Shown piece after piece: positions 52,801 to 64,000 of a stretch of DNA of 64,000 nucleotides. The position numbers and the translations under genes were made by a program. The stretch lies in contig CM074518.1 of the NCBI GenBank assembly GCA_037379345.1, positions 2,108,001-2,172,000 on the forward strand. Direction: 5' to 3'. The notes beneath the pieces are model-generated. The model had not been told where the DNA came from, ran no database searches, and saw nothing but the letters and a program-made list of their open reading frames with translations. Numbering within the stretch: the first letter of the stretch is position 1; the number at the start of each line of letters is the position of its first letter. The stretch comes from Perna viridis. Taxonomy: Eukaryota.

Positions 52801-55800
52801 ACTTTTCTCTATACCCCTGTATTCCAAAAATTGTAGGAGATGGTCGGAGGTATAGGTGAGCTCTCGTCACTAATATTCTGACTGATTTTGGTCCCTGCAT
52901 GAATCATATGTTTATATAGGAATTTATTCGTTAGGTCTTGTACTACAAAGTAATATTCAAGGTGGTCGTCAGTCAAGTATCTGTTCAAATAAAACTAATC
53001 TTTGATTTCGTCATTTTTAGTGATCAGATAAATCTATGGTTTTGACAGCAAACTCAGTACAGCAGACCTGACTACTGAACTTACAACTTGAAGCATTGTA
53101 AAACAATAATGTCACGTGACATGTACGCCATGTTCGTTCTTTGAGAAAACACAAAACATCAAACACAAATTTAGTCTTTCTTCTTAAAAAATCAGGTAAA
53201 TTGGTGCAAATATGTCATTTTAGTGTTCTTGTTGACAAAACAAAGGCAATTAAAAGTAATAATTAAACAATGCTTCACCACAACATTTTAACTTAGAAGC
53301 TGTTAAACTATATTTTTGGGGCAGTTTTCAAAATGCAAAGACCCTTACGTGTACAAAATGTAAAAACTAAATTACTTCGGCAAGTCGTTACTGTCTGTGG
53401 ATTATCTTGTTTGTTTCAAATTACTTCATTCCGCTTTGCATAATTGCCAAAATGAGCAAGGGCACACAATAATGACAAGCTTTCGCGTATCTTATTTACC
53501 ATTTTGTACTGTGGTTTGTATTCGTGTCTCATTTACCAACCGTTTGAACCAAAAGATTCATATTTCTCAAGATGGGCCTAAATAACAATTTCATCCAAAG
53601 AGTTACTGAAAAGTCTAGGATAAAGGAGAAAATAAAACCAGGAATTGATGTACAATATTATAAACTCTTAATTCTATTCTAGTAAACGGGTTTTTGCCCA
53701 TTCCTACATCTATCTTCAAAGTTTCATTTACATGTATTTAAGATAAGACATCAAGATAATTTTATCATCAATCATGGACCCTCCCTTTCGTGAAGAAAAA
53801 AAAGTAAAATGGGATAACTGATTCAAAATTTATTAACTTGTTAATATTGAAATCTTTGGGAAGGCTTTTTTTCGCTTTTTAGCCCCGTGCAGGTCCGGGT
53901 GTCAAAAGAATAGTCCTGCAGCAGCGCTAAGCTTGTCGTAAAAGGCGACTAAATAGTGCCCACAGAGCAACTGGGATGTGTATCCCAGGTGGTGGAATGG
54001 GATACCCCTGGCGTGTTACATGCTGGGGTTGTCAGGCTATAATACGGAAAACCTTACCGCAAACCATAGTGGTGCACCGTGTTGGGAAAGATGCGTTAAA
54101 GAACCCTGCTGTGGTATTCGATAGGAGTAGGAACCTTCGCGCTCCGCCACAAGAGGCTAAATTGCCCGACCTTGCCCATCACTCCCCTTTTTCTAGTGAC
54201 AATCAAAGTTTGCCGACCCTATTATCCTTGTGTCCCATCCCATTTTTCTTTTCATCATCATTTCATGTTCATTTTATCATCCATTTCATGTTCGTCGTCT
54301 GAATATGGCTGAAATATTGCTGTTAAATTTAGCAAGTATTTTAAACGTTAAACCCCAACAATCAATCAACCAATCATTCTTTTCGCTTTTTAAAGGGGCT
54401 TTCCTTGTCAGGCCTTGGTGGCTTGTAAGTCTCAGTTTTTTAATCAATTATGTTAAGACAGGTTATGTTGGCAAGTTCGGAACGTAAACAACCCGAGCAG
54501 GGTAAAAATTGCAATGGTTAAAAATCATTTGAAACATAATTCTGAATAATTCAGATGTACTGTATGGAAAAAGTTAAGCCATAATATTGAAAATCTAATA
54601 TTCTATGATTACATGCAATGGTGTTAGTGTGGAATGATTACCAATCGTTGGGTAAATAAATTCAGAACTGAAGGGCAACGTTCAAATGTCTGTTAATAGC
54701 ACGTGGTTTGTTTGTAACTGAAGGGAATAGTTCAAATGTCCGTCCATTGTACGTGGTATGTTTGTAATTGAAGGTTTTCCTGTTCAACAAATGTCTTTCC
54801 ATAGTACGAGGTGTGTTAAATGATAACTTTTTTCCAATATATTTTTGTAACGCATTTGTGCATTGATTTGTATAAACGGGTTTTTCAGAGGTACAAAACA
54901 CTAGAATGTGGTCTCATTTCTGTAACACCTATCGATATTTTCACTTTGTTTTGGTTCTATATTGTCTGCTTTGCTGTATTTCTATTTTTATAACGCTATA
55001 ACAATGTACATAATATGGTATTTTGGAACAAATCATCACAAATTAGATAGGATAACAATTTGTAATATGTAAGAGGTAAATGAGAAAGAAGGTGTAACCG
55101 ATAAATCTAAACATCAAGCAACTTATTATTATTATAATTATTATTATTGTTGTTGTTGTCGTTGTTGCTGTTAGTATTATTACAAAGTACAGCACATAGA
55201 GTCGTTAAAACAGGCAAATCATTTACAATAGTTGATATGTGTGGTACAGCGAGATAAATAATATTTACATATGACAAAAATTGATTCATTTCCAAGTTTG
55301 GAATTAGTAATTGATAGTATATCAATGCATACAACATTGGCCACCTGTAGATTTTAAGACCAAATACATACAATAAGAAATACTTACCAGATGGTGATAC
55401 ATTATAGTACCTAGGAACGTTACTACACTCGCTTTCTGAATTAGCACACATTTGCTCAGTGGTATTGCACAATCTTTCAATATTATTGCACGCGCGATTT
55501 GAACTATTGCACAATACATCATTACTGTGGCACATTCTGTCAGTGTTGCACACGTTTAACTGTTTCATTGAATTGAGCTCAGCTTCTGAAGAGGAGCAAT
55601 TGCTACTGTATTGCACTTCACTAATCGGTTCCGCTTGATTGTCCTCACTTGACATGCTGCAAGTCCGGCTCATGGGTTGTTTGTTTATATTAGCACTAAA
55701 CCCGCTGTCCTGATAAAAGTTCATTTCTGAAGAAAGAGATCGTTTAACGCTGGGAACGTTGTTGTAATTCTCGCATAAAATGTCAGAAAATTCAAAATTC

Positions 55801-57061
55801 ATATTCCTTTCCTGATGCAGTGGAAAATCATTAAAGTATGGAGGTTGGGCAGATAAATGTTCAATATCTAACATACTGCTAAACTGAAAAAAAGGACGAT
55901 GCAACTTTATACCTCATAATGCATTAAAGCAGGAAGATATAAAAAACGCAGCAAACAACATTTGTTGTTAAAATATATTCAAAAATTAAAAGATGCGCGT
56001 AATGCATGACTTCTCAGTTCGGAACAGCTTGCATCACGGCTATACAGTATCCGGTAGTCGCCAGAAACATGTATAATCTACCTGAATTAGGACTATGGAT
56101 TTTTTTCTTAATCCGCTGATGCCATTTCAGTAGGATAAAAATAATTACCTGTCAGAGTTATGACTATATAGACTTAATGAACTAAGTTTTAAAATTATTA
56201 TCCTTCCAGTAAAATGCTAAGTCATGAATGTTTTCAACCCGATTAGATTGTTCTGTAGATTACTTCAGATAACTTCATCTTTGTTGATCGATGATGTTGC
56301 TAAATATGGTATTCAACGCTTCTGGATTTAAGCTTGCATTACAGCTATATATGTTTTCAAAGCATTATTACATGCCAAAGCAATTAAAATTCTCTCACTT
56401 TTGAAAATGGTTGTATAGTTATATGTAGTACGTTCTCTTCCCTGCTCATATATATAAAAATATATAATGCCAATATATAAACGTAGGTAAATGCTCGTTA
56501 GTTACATCAATCCATTTACGAAAACATAATTTATTAGAAATTTCCCACAGCTAACATTTATTTCCAAAGTAACGATTTTACTCAGTTTCTCATTGATGCA
56601 GCTCTCTACATCCATAACATTGTATTATTTAAATTGCTTATCACAATATCAAAAAATCTGCATTAACTTAAAGTTATCCGAAAATGTCTACATCCTAACA
56701 TGCAAAAAATGCATCAATTAAAAGTATATACTAAAACGGATATATGCTTTAAGCATGTTTTGCATTGCAAAAGCTAAGAATCTCATAATATTCCGAGCTA
56801 ACTTGAACATCTAAATATTATCAATTTTGCAATAATTCAAAAACTATAAGCATCATAGTTATTTATTTCATTTTTTAATGCACTTTTGCTTCAAAATTGT
56901 GTACAAGAAAAAATGCGATGAATGCAAGTTATCAAATTCAATGCAATGTTCTGCGTATACAATGTACTCACGATCTTGAAATGTAAAAGTATCCTGAAAT
57001 AATTTCAGCTAAATACATTACTGCTTTATCGATGCTTAGTTCTGCATGCTATTACTTACAT
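46268..57061 (-). CDS. ETS-family transcription factor, ESE (ELF3/EHF/ELF5)-like, with PNT + AT-hook + ETS domains. Spliced CDS: join(57061-57060, 56993-56972, 55883-55388, 52759-52514, 52039-51899, 51394-51290, 50158-49937, 49659-49467, 46379-46268), 512 aa; 501 aa if it starts at ATG 55874
   Basis: Every intron is GT..AG with compatible phases and the joined frame has no internal stop. ETS domain HLWEFIYEVL..WENQREGVFRFV..VAQLWG..KNNDNMTYEKLSRAMR|HYYKRGILERVEGRRLVYKF; PNT domain HPENWDSQDVLDWL..FRSISGADLCNLSIEDF; AT-hook RRPGRPR. The two 5'-most exons are less certain. Confidence 0.9.
46810..46900. repeat. (AT)n microsatellite
   Basis: Seen directly. Confidence 0.95.
49467..49659 (-). CDS. 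ETS gene exon (main ETS domain)
   Basis: tttcag acceptor and AG|gtaat donor; KNQHLWEFIYEVLMNP...MTYEKLSRAM. Confidence 0.97.
49937..50158 (-). CDS. ETS gene exon with AT-hook (RRRPGRPR)
   Basis: tatag acceptor, G|gtacat donor, phase 1-1, 222 nt open. Confidence 0.9.
50368..51197 (-). mobile_element. Naiad-type PLE in an ETS intron (sense orientation) with an internal deletion of about 0.5 kb
   Basis: ORFs 50834-51199 and 50344-50739; RT motif C (YIDDVLSLNN) is fused directly to the distal 3' UTR at about 50509. Confidence 0.9.
51290..51394 (-). CDS. ETS gene exon (Pro-rich linker)
   Basis: ttttgatcag acceptor, G|gtaag donor; ATRFREDIKVERSPGAYDFHPGFRYPPQPLQPMH; phase 1-1. Confidence 0.8.
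51899..52039 (-). CDS. ETS gene exon (linker)
   Basis: tttcag acceptor, G|gtagg donor; QFSKPQELPNEYMDLDDVFDSKRSQKPFFHMNSDPGFYPYPNNNLP; phase 1-1. Confidence 0.82.
52514..52759 (-). CDS. ETS gene exon encoding the Pointed (SAM_PNT) domain
   Basis: ttgcag acceptor, T|gtacgt donor; WRNKHPENWDSQDVLDWLFYTAEKCNLDCGKLRAENFRSISGADLCNLSIEDFERIESEYGRMLYLLFKDL. Confidence 0.92.
53882..54379 (+). mobile_element. SINE with Meta-like and Deu-like central boxes and a LINE-derived (CAAT)n tail, in an ETS intron
   Basis: 13-bp TSD TTTTCGCTTTTTA at 53869-53881 and 54380-54392; TTGTCGTAAAAGGCGACTAA; GTTAAAGAACCC..GATAGGAGTAGG; tail ACGTTAAAC..CAATCAATCAA. No tRNA head visible. Confidence 0.7.
55388..55883 (-). 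CDS. ETS gene large N-terminal exon (contains ATG 55874 and a Cys-heptad repeat)
   Basis: ttttttcag acceptor at 55884 and TCTG|gtaagta donor; lies within ORF 55107-55904; phase joins the PNT exon. Confidence 0.82.
56972..56993 (-). CDS. Candidate 22-nt micro-exon completing a split start codon (AT|G ATA CTT TTA CAT TTC AAG ATC)
   Basis: Flanked by atttcag and gtgagta; upstream donor AT|gtaagt at 57059 (66-nt intron); in frame with the exon starting at 55883. Confidence 0.5.
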
Positions 57062-57545
57062 GGTCGCCGGTTCCAGCCGTAGGCATATTTTGGTTGTATT
57101 TTTCCACGTGGTTCGACCTTTGATAAGTCGGCTGTTTCCCTACCATAAGAAAAAATACTATGTAGTAACGGCACGTGCTATTGTTTTGTTTTCAGTCCAA
57201 TCGAACTACTATGAGGATTTGGAGTGTTATGATTGGATGACAAGTAAATGACGTATCGGAAGGCTTCAGTTCATTCACTCGTAAAAATATGAGTCAGATT
57301 GTATTTGCTGAAGTGTGAACCAATGGAAAGCGATTAGTATAGTATGAATAGACTTGGTCTATAAATAGCTTATATAATGTGATCTGCGGTATGTCATATA
57401 TGATGTTCAAGTTTTTGTTTTCTTTATGCATAAGGCAATAATTAGAATGATTTGACAGCTAAACATGCTTTAACTATATAAGTAAGGGCCTGAACTAATC
57501 TTATTTTAGTACGAGTCTTCTGATTGGTGAATGAGGGTCCAATAC
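57062..57545 (-). promoter_or_regulatory. Putative first exon / proximal promoter of the ETS gene
   Basis: Directly upstream of the donor at 57059: CACGTG E-boxes (57105, 57172), TGACGT next to CGGAAG (about 57249-57262), AP-1 TGAGTCA (57290-57296), TATATAA (about 57371-57377), CCAAT boxes (about 57522-57543). TSS cannot be determined. Confidence 0.4.
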
Positions 57546-58489
57546 GTTAACGCCAATGTCGAGTTATAACAGCTTTATATGTATTGAATTATGATCGCTT
57601 TAACTGCACTAATAACTTATTGTAAATCACTCTTTTATCAACTTGTATGAAAATCTCCAAGATCTAGGTCTCGGAGGAGGTGAACTTTAACTAATATGAC
57701 TAAATCCGTTTGCCTTTTGAATAGCGGCATCATCAGATTTTACTTTTGTATTTTAGAGATACAAGATTATGTTTTATTAATAAATTGAAATTTAACTTAG
57801 TCGAACGTTGTTTGTCCTATGAGTTGAAGTTTTACAATTGTTTAATGTATTTGTACTCGTGTAGTCCATTTGTAAGTGACTTAGGTTCTGTTATATCATT
57901 TGAAAATGAAATCATATTGCAAACAATTTGACATTGTAATCAGTGTCAAAGATTTGTGAAACAAAAATGCTTAAGCTTGTTTTCTATTTGTATTTAGTGT
58001 AGGGCATTCAGTAAAACAAGAAATCAGTTAAGAAGCCGTCAGCTGGAATTTATTATTATGCAATAATCGTTTATCACATCTAAATATATTTTATAGTACT
58101 TAATAGCCCTTAAAGTAATCTGCGACATTTTGTTATTCCTGTCCGTTCGGTCACAGGGACTTGAGGTCTCGAGTTAGATTCATTAAATGAGCAAAAAGTG
58201 TACTAAAAAGGATGAAAAATAAACAAAAAACAAGAAACGATCAGAAAGTCCATCAAAGAAGTAAATCTACTTTATGCCCCGGAGAAGGCCTTGAAATGTG
58301 TGCAATATTTACACCATGCGATTCAATCAATGTGTTTGACGTTTGTTTTTATACCTATATACATATTTTTGGGGTAAGTAAGGGTATATCGATCATTAGT
58401 GACAGATCTAGAAATTCAAAAAAAGGTGCCCGTTGACTGGCTCTGTTGTTTCAAATTTTACTATATTATCATCATTTTGAGCAAAGGGG

Positions 58490-59078
58490 ATTTCGGAACA
58501 ACTCTTCCTACATGGACCCGCCTTTGACCTGACACATAAGGGAGTTAGGGCCTTCCCTTCCTATTTGGACCCGCCTGTGACCATAACACCTAAGGGAAAT
58601 CGGGACTCCTCTTCCTACTTGGACCCGCCTGTGATCACAACGCATAAGGGAGTTCGGGACTGCTGTTCCTACTTGGACCGCCTGTGACCATGACACATAA
58701 GGGAAATCGGGACTCCTCTTCTACTTGGATCCGCCTGTAACCATGACACCTAAGGTAGTTCGGGCCTCCTCTTCCTACTTTGACCCGCCTGTGACCATGC
58801 CACTTAAGGAACTTCGGGACTCCTGCTCCTACTTTGACCCGCCTGTGACCATGCCACATAAGGGAGTCCGGGACTTCTCTTCCTACTTTGACCCGCCTGT
58901 GACCCTGACACAAGGGAGTTCGGGACTGCTCTTCCTACTTTGACCCGCCTAAGACCATGGCACATAAGGGAGTTCGGGACTTCTGTTCCTACGTGTACTT
59001 GGATCCGCCTGTGACCATGACACATAAAGGAATTCGAGACTGCTGTTCCTACTTTGATCCGCCTGTGACCATGACACA
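58490..59078. repeat. GC-rich minisatellite of about 54 bp, 11 units
   Basis: GACCCGCCTGTGACCATGACACATAAGGGAGTTCGGGACTGCTCTTCCTACTT. Confidence 0.92.
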
Positions 59079-59679
59079 TTTCATTTCATGTACCACCTAT
59101 GATACCATTGTTCGCATCATTTCTAAACTGTAGTTACATGAAACATTTCCGATGTCACAGTTGCGACCATCATGTGGTGGGTGGGTAATTGACCTTGTCT
59201 CGATATCATTAATGCCTTATTAATAGCCATTTATTGATATGATATGGTCACGCTATTTATACGTATTTGTTTGGGCCATTGGACATTTTATCAAGTGTTT
59301 GTAGGAGAACTCGTGCGTTGTAAACAAAACAAATCATAACATAAAATGACCCAAAAAATGTGTAAAGACATAAAGGGTTAAAAAAGCATCAAATTCATAA
59401 AACGGTGTTATAGATTGTAACAGGTGAGTATCGTTTATAGCTCAATAATCTACCATGGTCCTTTTTCTGATTTATTTTGTTTTGGTATTCTATTCAAAAA
59501 TACATTAAAAAAGGGAAATTGCATAATGATAAGTTGAAAGAACTATAATATATAAACAATTAGGACGTGTGGTCATTAGAAATACTTCTTATTGACATAA
59601 ATGTAACGCAGAGGAAATCAAATGTGTTTTAAGTAGATATAGAATTCTATGTTTTTTCGCTGATTTTGTTAGCGACTTC

Positions 59680-61050
59680 TTGCACTCGTAATTTCAGTAG
59701 TCAGCGTACATTCGTATATGATTTGCATAATTATATATTACTACACCACCTTAAGCTGCAGATCGGTGCCATAGAACCGTCAATTCTAGCTTTATACGAG
59801 ATCAAAATGTATCCCTTAAATACCATACATGTACACATGTGGTTTTTATTTGTATGAGAGTGGGAAGTTTACATTAAAGATGAAATGATCGGTTAGCAAT
59901 ATAGCTGAGAAAGCCAAGTCTCCGAGTTTTTTTTTTATTTAGAAACAGTAGGGTCACCACAGTTACGAAGTCCCCCGATTTTAAGTAGAGCATATCGCAA
60001 CTTCGCGTGAGGTTTGCCGATCTTAGCCGACTCACGAACTGTTGCGTTAAACAACAAAGTTCAAAGTTCAAAAGTAAAGTCGTTTCATATAAAATATTAC
60101 ACCACAATCTCAAATGAGCTTTTAAAACCGACATAACATATAAAAACATTCTAAAATGTCAAGTATTTTTTTTCGAAAAAGGAATACACTTATTATGCTA
60201 GTATTGTACAAATGTGCGATATGTCAAAAGATGTGAAATGGAAAAGAACATGAATGTATATTATCAGCCGACTTAAAATCTTCAAGTTTCAGCTCACTAA
60301 AATTTGTGAGTCGTAATTTCAGTACTGTGCATTTGTAAATGGTAAGCATAATAGCATGCACATGTTCTACGTGTGTTTTATACTTGTATGAGAGCGGGAA
60401 GTTTACATTAAAAGATGAAATGATCTGCAAGCATAAAACTTTCTGTAATATAGCTGAGGAGCGACTAGTCTCCGATTTGTTTTGATTGAGAAACATTCGG
60501 ATCATCGTAATTACGAGATCACTCCATTTTAGAGTATGTCGCAACTTCGCTTAAATTCGTTCCATTTTGGACTCGCCCAAAGTTTGCCGATCTTAGCAGA
60601 TTGACGAACTGTTACGTGACACAAACAAGTTCAAAGTTCGAGTCGGTACATACACAAGTTCTAATGAGCTTTTAAAACCGACGCATTATAGTTCTAAAAT
60701 GTCAGTTATCTTTTCAAAAAAGGAATACACTTATTTTTACTAATAATGTATAAATGTAGGATGTATAAAAAGAACACGAATGTATATTATCAATCATCAT
60801 TCTTGCATAGTCCTCCTTTAGTCGGCCAAGAATCTTAAAGATACAGCTGACTAAAAGTTAGGATTTTTTTAAAGTTCTGAACTTAGTCCATACATACATC
60901 TACGCCATGGTTTATGGTGAAAACGAGAAAATTACTAATTTATTGGGAGTTAAATTTAGTAGAGCACTGAATTCGCCTGGATGTTGAAAGCAAGCCAAAT
61001 TCAATAAGCATAAAATATATAGCGATTAACGACTTTGAAGACTTCAGTCA
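59680..61050 (+). repeat. Modular dispersed repeat homologous (same orientation) to 35655-37855, internally duplicated
   Basis: Shared GAAGTTTACATTAAA, AATATAGCTGAGAAA, ACAACAAAGTTCAAA, GAGCTTTTAAAACCGAC, GAACATGAATGTATATTATCA and CGACTTTGAAGACTTCAGTC. Confidence 0.8.
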
Positions 61051-61093
61051 TCGGTTTTTCATGGTTGCAAAGTTTCACAAGTACTAATCGTCT

Positions 61094-61225
61094 CGTCCGT
61101 TACAGCAGTATACGACGGGGTACATAGTCGATTACAAGTCGCCTAGTCCGTTACAGCAGCACACGACGGTGTACATAGGCGATTACATGTCGCCTAGTCC
61201 GTTACAGCAGCATACGACGGGGTAT
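61094..61225. repeat. Hairpin-rich tandem repeat of about 51 bp, 2.5 copies
   Basis: GTCCGTTACAGCAGCATACGACGG..TAGGCGATTACAAGTCGCCTA. Confidence 0.85.
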
Positions 61226-63536
61226 AGTCATTATTACGAATTTCCTAATACGTTCACTAGTACAATCAATGACCAACCGGAATTCATTAGCGTTTAGTGA
61301 CCTTTGTTGTGGCTATTTTGTTTTTGTCTCCAATGATAAACAAAACGAACAATAAAAGCACAACTATTTGAATATTACACCTTTTCCAAATGGCTCCATA
61401 TTTCCAATCCAAGGAAATGATCACGAGGATTGGTTTTCACTTTGAAAACCACGCCATAAAAGTATATGACCTTCTGTATACCTGTACTACATTTTGTCGA
61501 CGATTAGTTGCAAATGAAAAATAACAGCTTTCTAAGACTGCTTCTAAACGATTCTCAAAATAAGTAAAAAGAATTCTCGTCGGTGAAAACCATAAACCGT
61601 ATACATGTACTACTTTATTATTGTAACAGTTAACAAGTTTCCGATTAGTTAAAACTCGTCCAATAAAAAGCAACGACACATACTTTTGCGTCTCGTTTTA
61701 TATGTGTTACCACCATTCATAAAAATAAATATACATCCGATGTTTTTTCTCTTAATTGAAAGATTTCCGTTTATGGATATTATAATTTTGCAATCTTTAC
61801 CTAAGCTTATACACGGTAGGTTTCTTTTTACGATACAAGTTATCGAGAAGGTTAATAGGAATTAGACCAGGCCGTACTAACTAGGACATGAATTTGTATA
61901 ATTGATTTATTAGGTCGATCACATGAATTTCATATTTCTCAGCAATTAAATTTGCATTGGCCTTCTGTAAGGACAGTTCGAATACAGAACTTCAGAATCT
62001 TATAAATACAAATTAAAATTGTGTCGTCTTTTCGCACACATTTTTACTTGTAAACTATGACATAGAATGTTACCAGTACTTGGTTGTACAAAGCCCAATC
62101 AAATCACTATTTTTAAATTTTGTAATAACTCCTGTAAATTTCACATAAGTTTAATAAATTTACTAATTTTGTTTCAGGAAGACGATATAAGAGAGGCGAA
62201 TGTTTCATTCTTTACTAATTACGAATTCATTTCGTGTATATCACCAACTTAACAAGACCATTGTATTATTTATTGTATCAAATACTATACCTTATATAGG
62301 CCAATTGACATGACAGAAGTAATACAGCAGACATGAATTTTTGAACACATTAATAAAAATTAATCATGTAGTGTAATTAACGGCAGTACAAGGTAACAAG
62401 TAAACTCTTTTAGAATAAAGTCACTTCGAATTTTAAAATCTCTATAAATAAATTTTCAAAGATTCCACAATGCCTGATACTTTCGAAATTTAGTAGTTCC
62501 AGTAATTTGTAAACAGTAGGTTTTTTGTCCAAAACTAAGGTTTAATAACTACCTTTCTTAAATCTTGGGTCATTCCATGTAGTGTTTACATCCCTTCTAT
62601 TTATTTTTAATATTTTATAATTATTTTTAGGGAAATGGTAATTATTAATAATTAGGTGGAGGCTGGACATTTTTTTATTGGGGAAATAATTTTTACATGC
62701 ACTTATTTCCATACTATCATTTGTGTATTTATTTATTTTGAAGACGCGAAAATTCAGATTTTTAACATTTATAAGTCTCTTTGCTTTTGTAAAACATTAT
62801 CCTAAAAACTTGGGAATTTGACCGTTCCGAACGTTACTATTAGTTTTGCACGGCCATTACTTGGGATGCCTAATTTTTCATGTATGTCTGCTGTAAACCA
62901 AGTTATCGCTTCCATATGGTTAGGGTTAACAATACATGATATTATGTTTGAGAATATTTATATTTTGGGTTATTACTTAATCCCTGCTGGGGATCATGTT
63001 CAGTCAATATTCACTGAAATACCTCTTCAATCCTGGTTATATCAGCTTAGTGTTTGAAGTAATTTTATGTACTCGGAATGCACTTATTTTTTAGGTAAAT
63101 ATTGGTGAATTATAATTTGAAAATGAAATTGAATACTGAATCATTAGTACATTATTACAATCTGCCTTTTAATTGACTTCGATATGGTAATAATCCTCCA
63201 AAACAGAGCCACATTTTAATGAAAATTTTTTTTTTCGGCATGAGGGTGAGGTAAGAAAAACAATTCTTAATCTGATCAGGTGGTCAAATAAAAACATGGC
63301 GGATGCATTCTTTAAATTAAGCTTATTTAACATGTTTCCTTTTTTGTTTTCATGCATCATTTATAGATGTCTCCATTTTCTGATATATTTTATAATAACA
63401 ATAATCTTAACTTATGTAATAAAACCAACAGATATAGAAATGAAGGAGTATATCAAGTTTAAATTTGTTCGGTTTCTGTCCATGAAGATTTGAAACTTCT
63501 CAAAATAAAGCTAATGGACTATAACTAAGATCATCA

Positions 63537-63655
63537 GTCTCTGAACACCCTGCCATAGCCCATGACTGTAATTGTGAATAGTCTCTGAACACTCTGCCAT
63601 AGCCCATGACTGTAATTGTGGATAGTCTCTGAACACCCTGCCATAGCCCATGATT
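63537..63655. repeat. 44-bp tandem repeat, about 2.7 copies
   Basis: GTCTCTGAACACCCTGCCATAGCCCATGACTGTAATTGTGAATA. Confidence 0.9.
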
Positions 63656-64000
63656 GTTATTTAACATCGTTTATATATCACATTGTGTCTATATGTCTTA
63701 AAAATATCAGTAACTTGTATGTAATTCTAGGCTCTATCAAAGGACCCTTTCATTGGAATAAATGATAGTATCTGTTATCTCCTATTACAGCAAATCATAC
63801 TACATGTATCTACAAGGATACTTTGCGACTATTATTCGAAGTCTTATATATTTAGATTTTTTATTTTTTAAATATGGTATATTTTGACTCGTTTATATCA
63901 CTTATCTTTTTTTTTATATTTGGAAAACATCAGGAGCCCTAGTTAAATCTAGTTATTCTAGTAAGAAAAGGTCCGCGACAAAACTTATCGAATGGACTTA

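Noticed and set aside
52813-52980. Extra ETS exon (open frame after an aacag acceptor)
   Set aside because: Its open frame needs a phase-2 entry, whereas 55388 joins 52759 directly in phase 1; the following intron would be only about 53 nt.
55107-55387. C-terminal part of the 265-aa ORF (poly-Asn)
   Set aside because: Read-through past a consensus donor at 55387 into an intronic trinucleotide microsatellite.
57690-57743. Minus-strand CTGATGA-TGCC..GGC-AAAC..GTC hammerhead-like motif
   Set aside because: It lacks the essential G12, stem I is weak, and it is a single occurrence.
58490-63655. CRISPR-like arrays
   Set aside because: These are head-to-tail tandem repeats without unique spacers, in a eukaryotic context with no cas genes.

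Overview
AT-rich eukaryotic DNA, most likely from a bivalve mollusc (inferred from the repeat families; possibly a mytilid mussel). One intact protein-coding gene can be reconstructed on the minus strand (about 46.3-57.1 kb): an ESE/ELF3/EHF-type ETS transcription factor with PNT (SAM), AT-hook and ETS domains. All of its exon phases close, and it has a possible split start codon plus a 22-nt micro-exon. The rest of the window is mostly transposon remains and tandem repeats: (1) at least 10 fragments of one Penelope-like (Naiad-type, RT-terminal) retroelement family with a conserved ~100-nt structured 3' motif; (2) tandem 330-370 bp units each ending in a minimal type I hammerhead ribozyme motif, resembling non-LTR retrozymes; (3) a degenerate Ngaro/DIRS tyrosine-recombinase retroelement inserted inside the left TIR of a TTAA-flanked (Kolobok-like) DNA element; (4) a second DIRS/Ngaro gag relic, CR1 and L2 LINE pieces, a GIY-YIG relic of a canonical PLE, and a Meta/Deu-type SINE with a 13-bp TSD; (5) several 27-60 bp minisatellites. 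All calls were made by eye, with no database searches or folding software.
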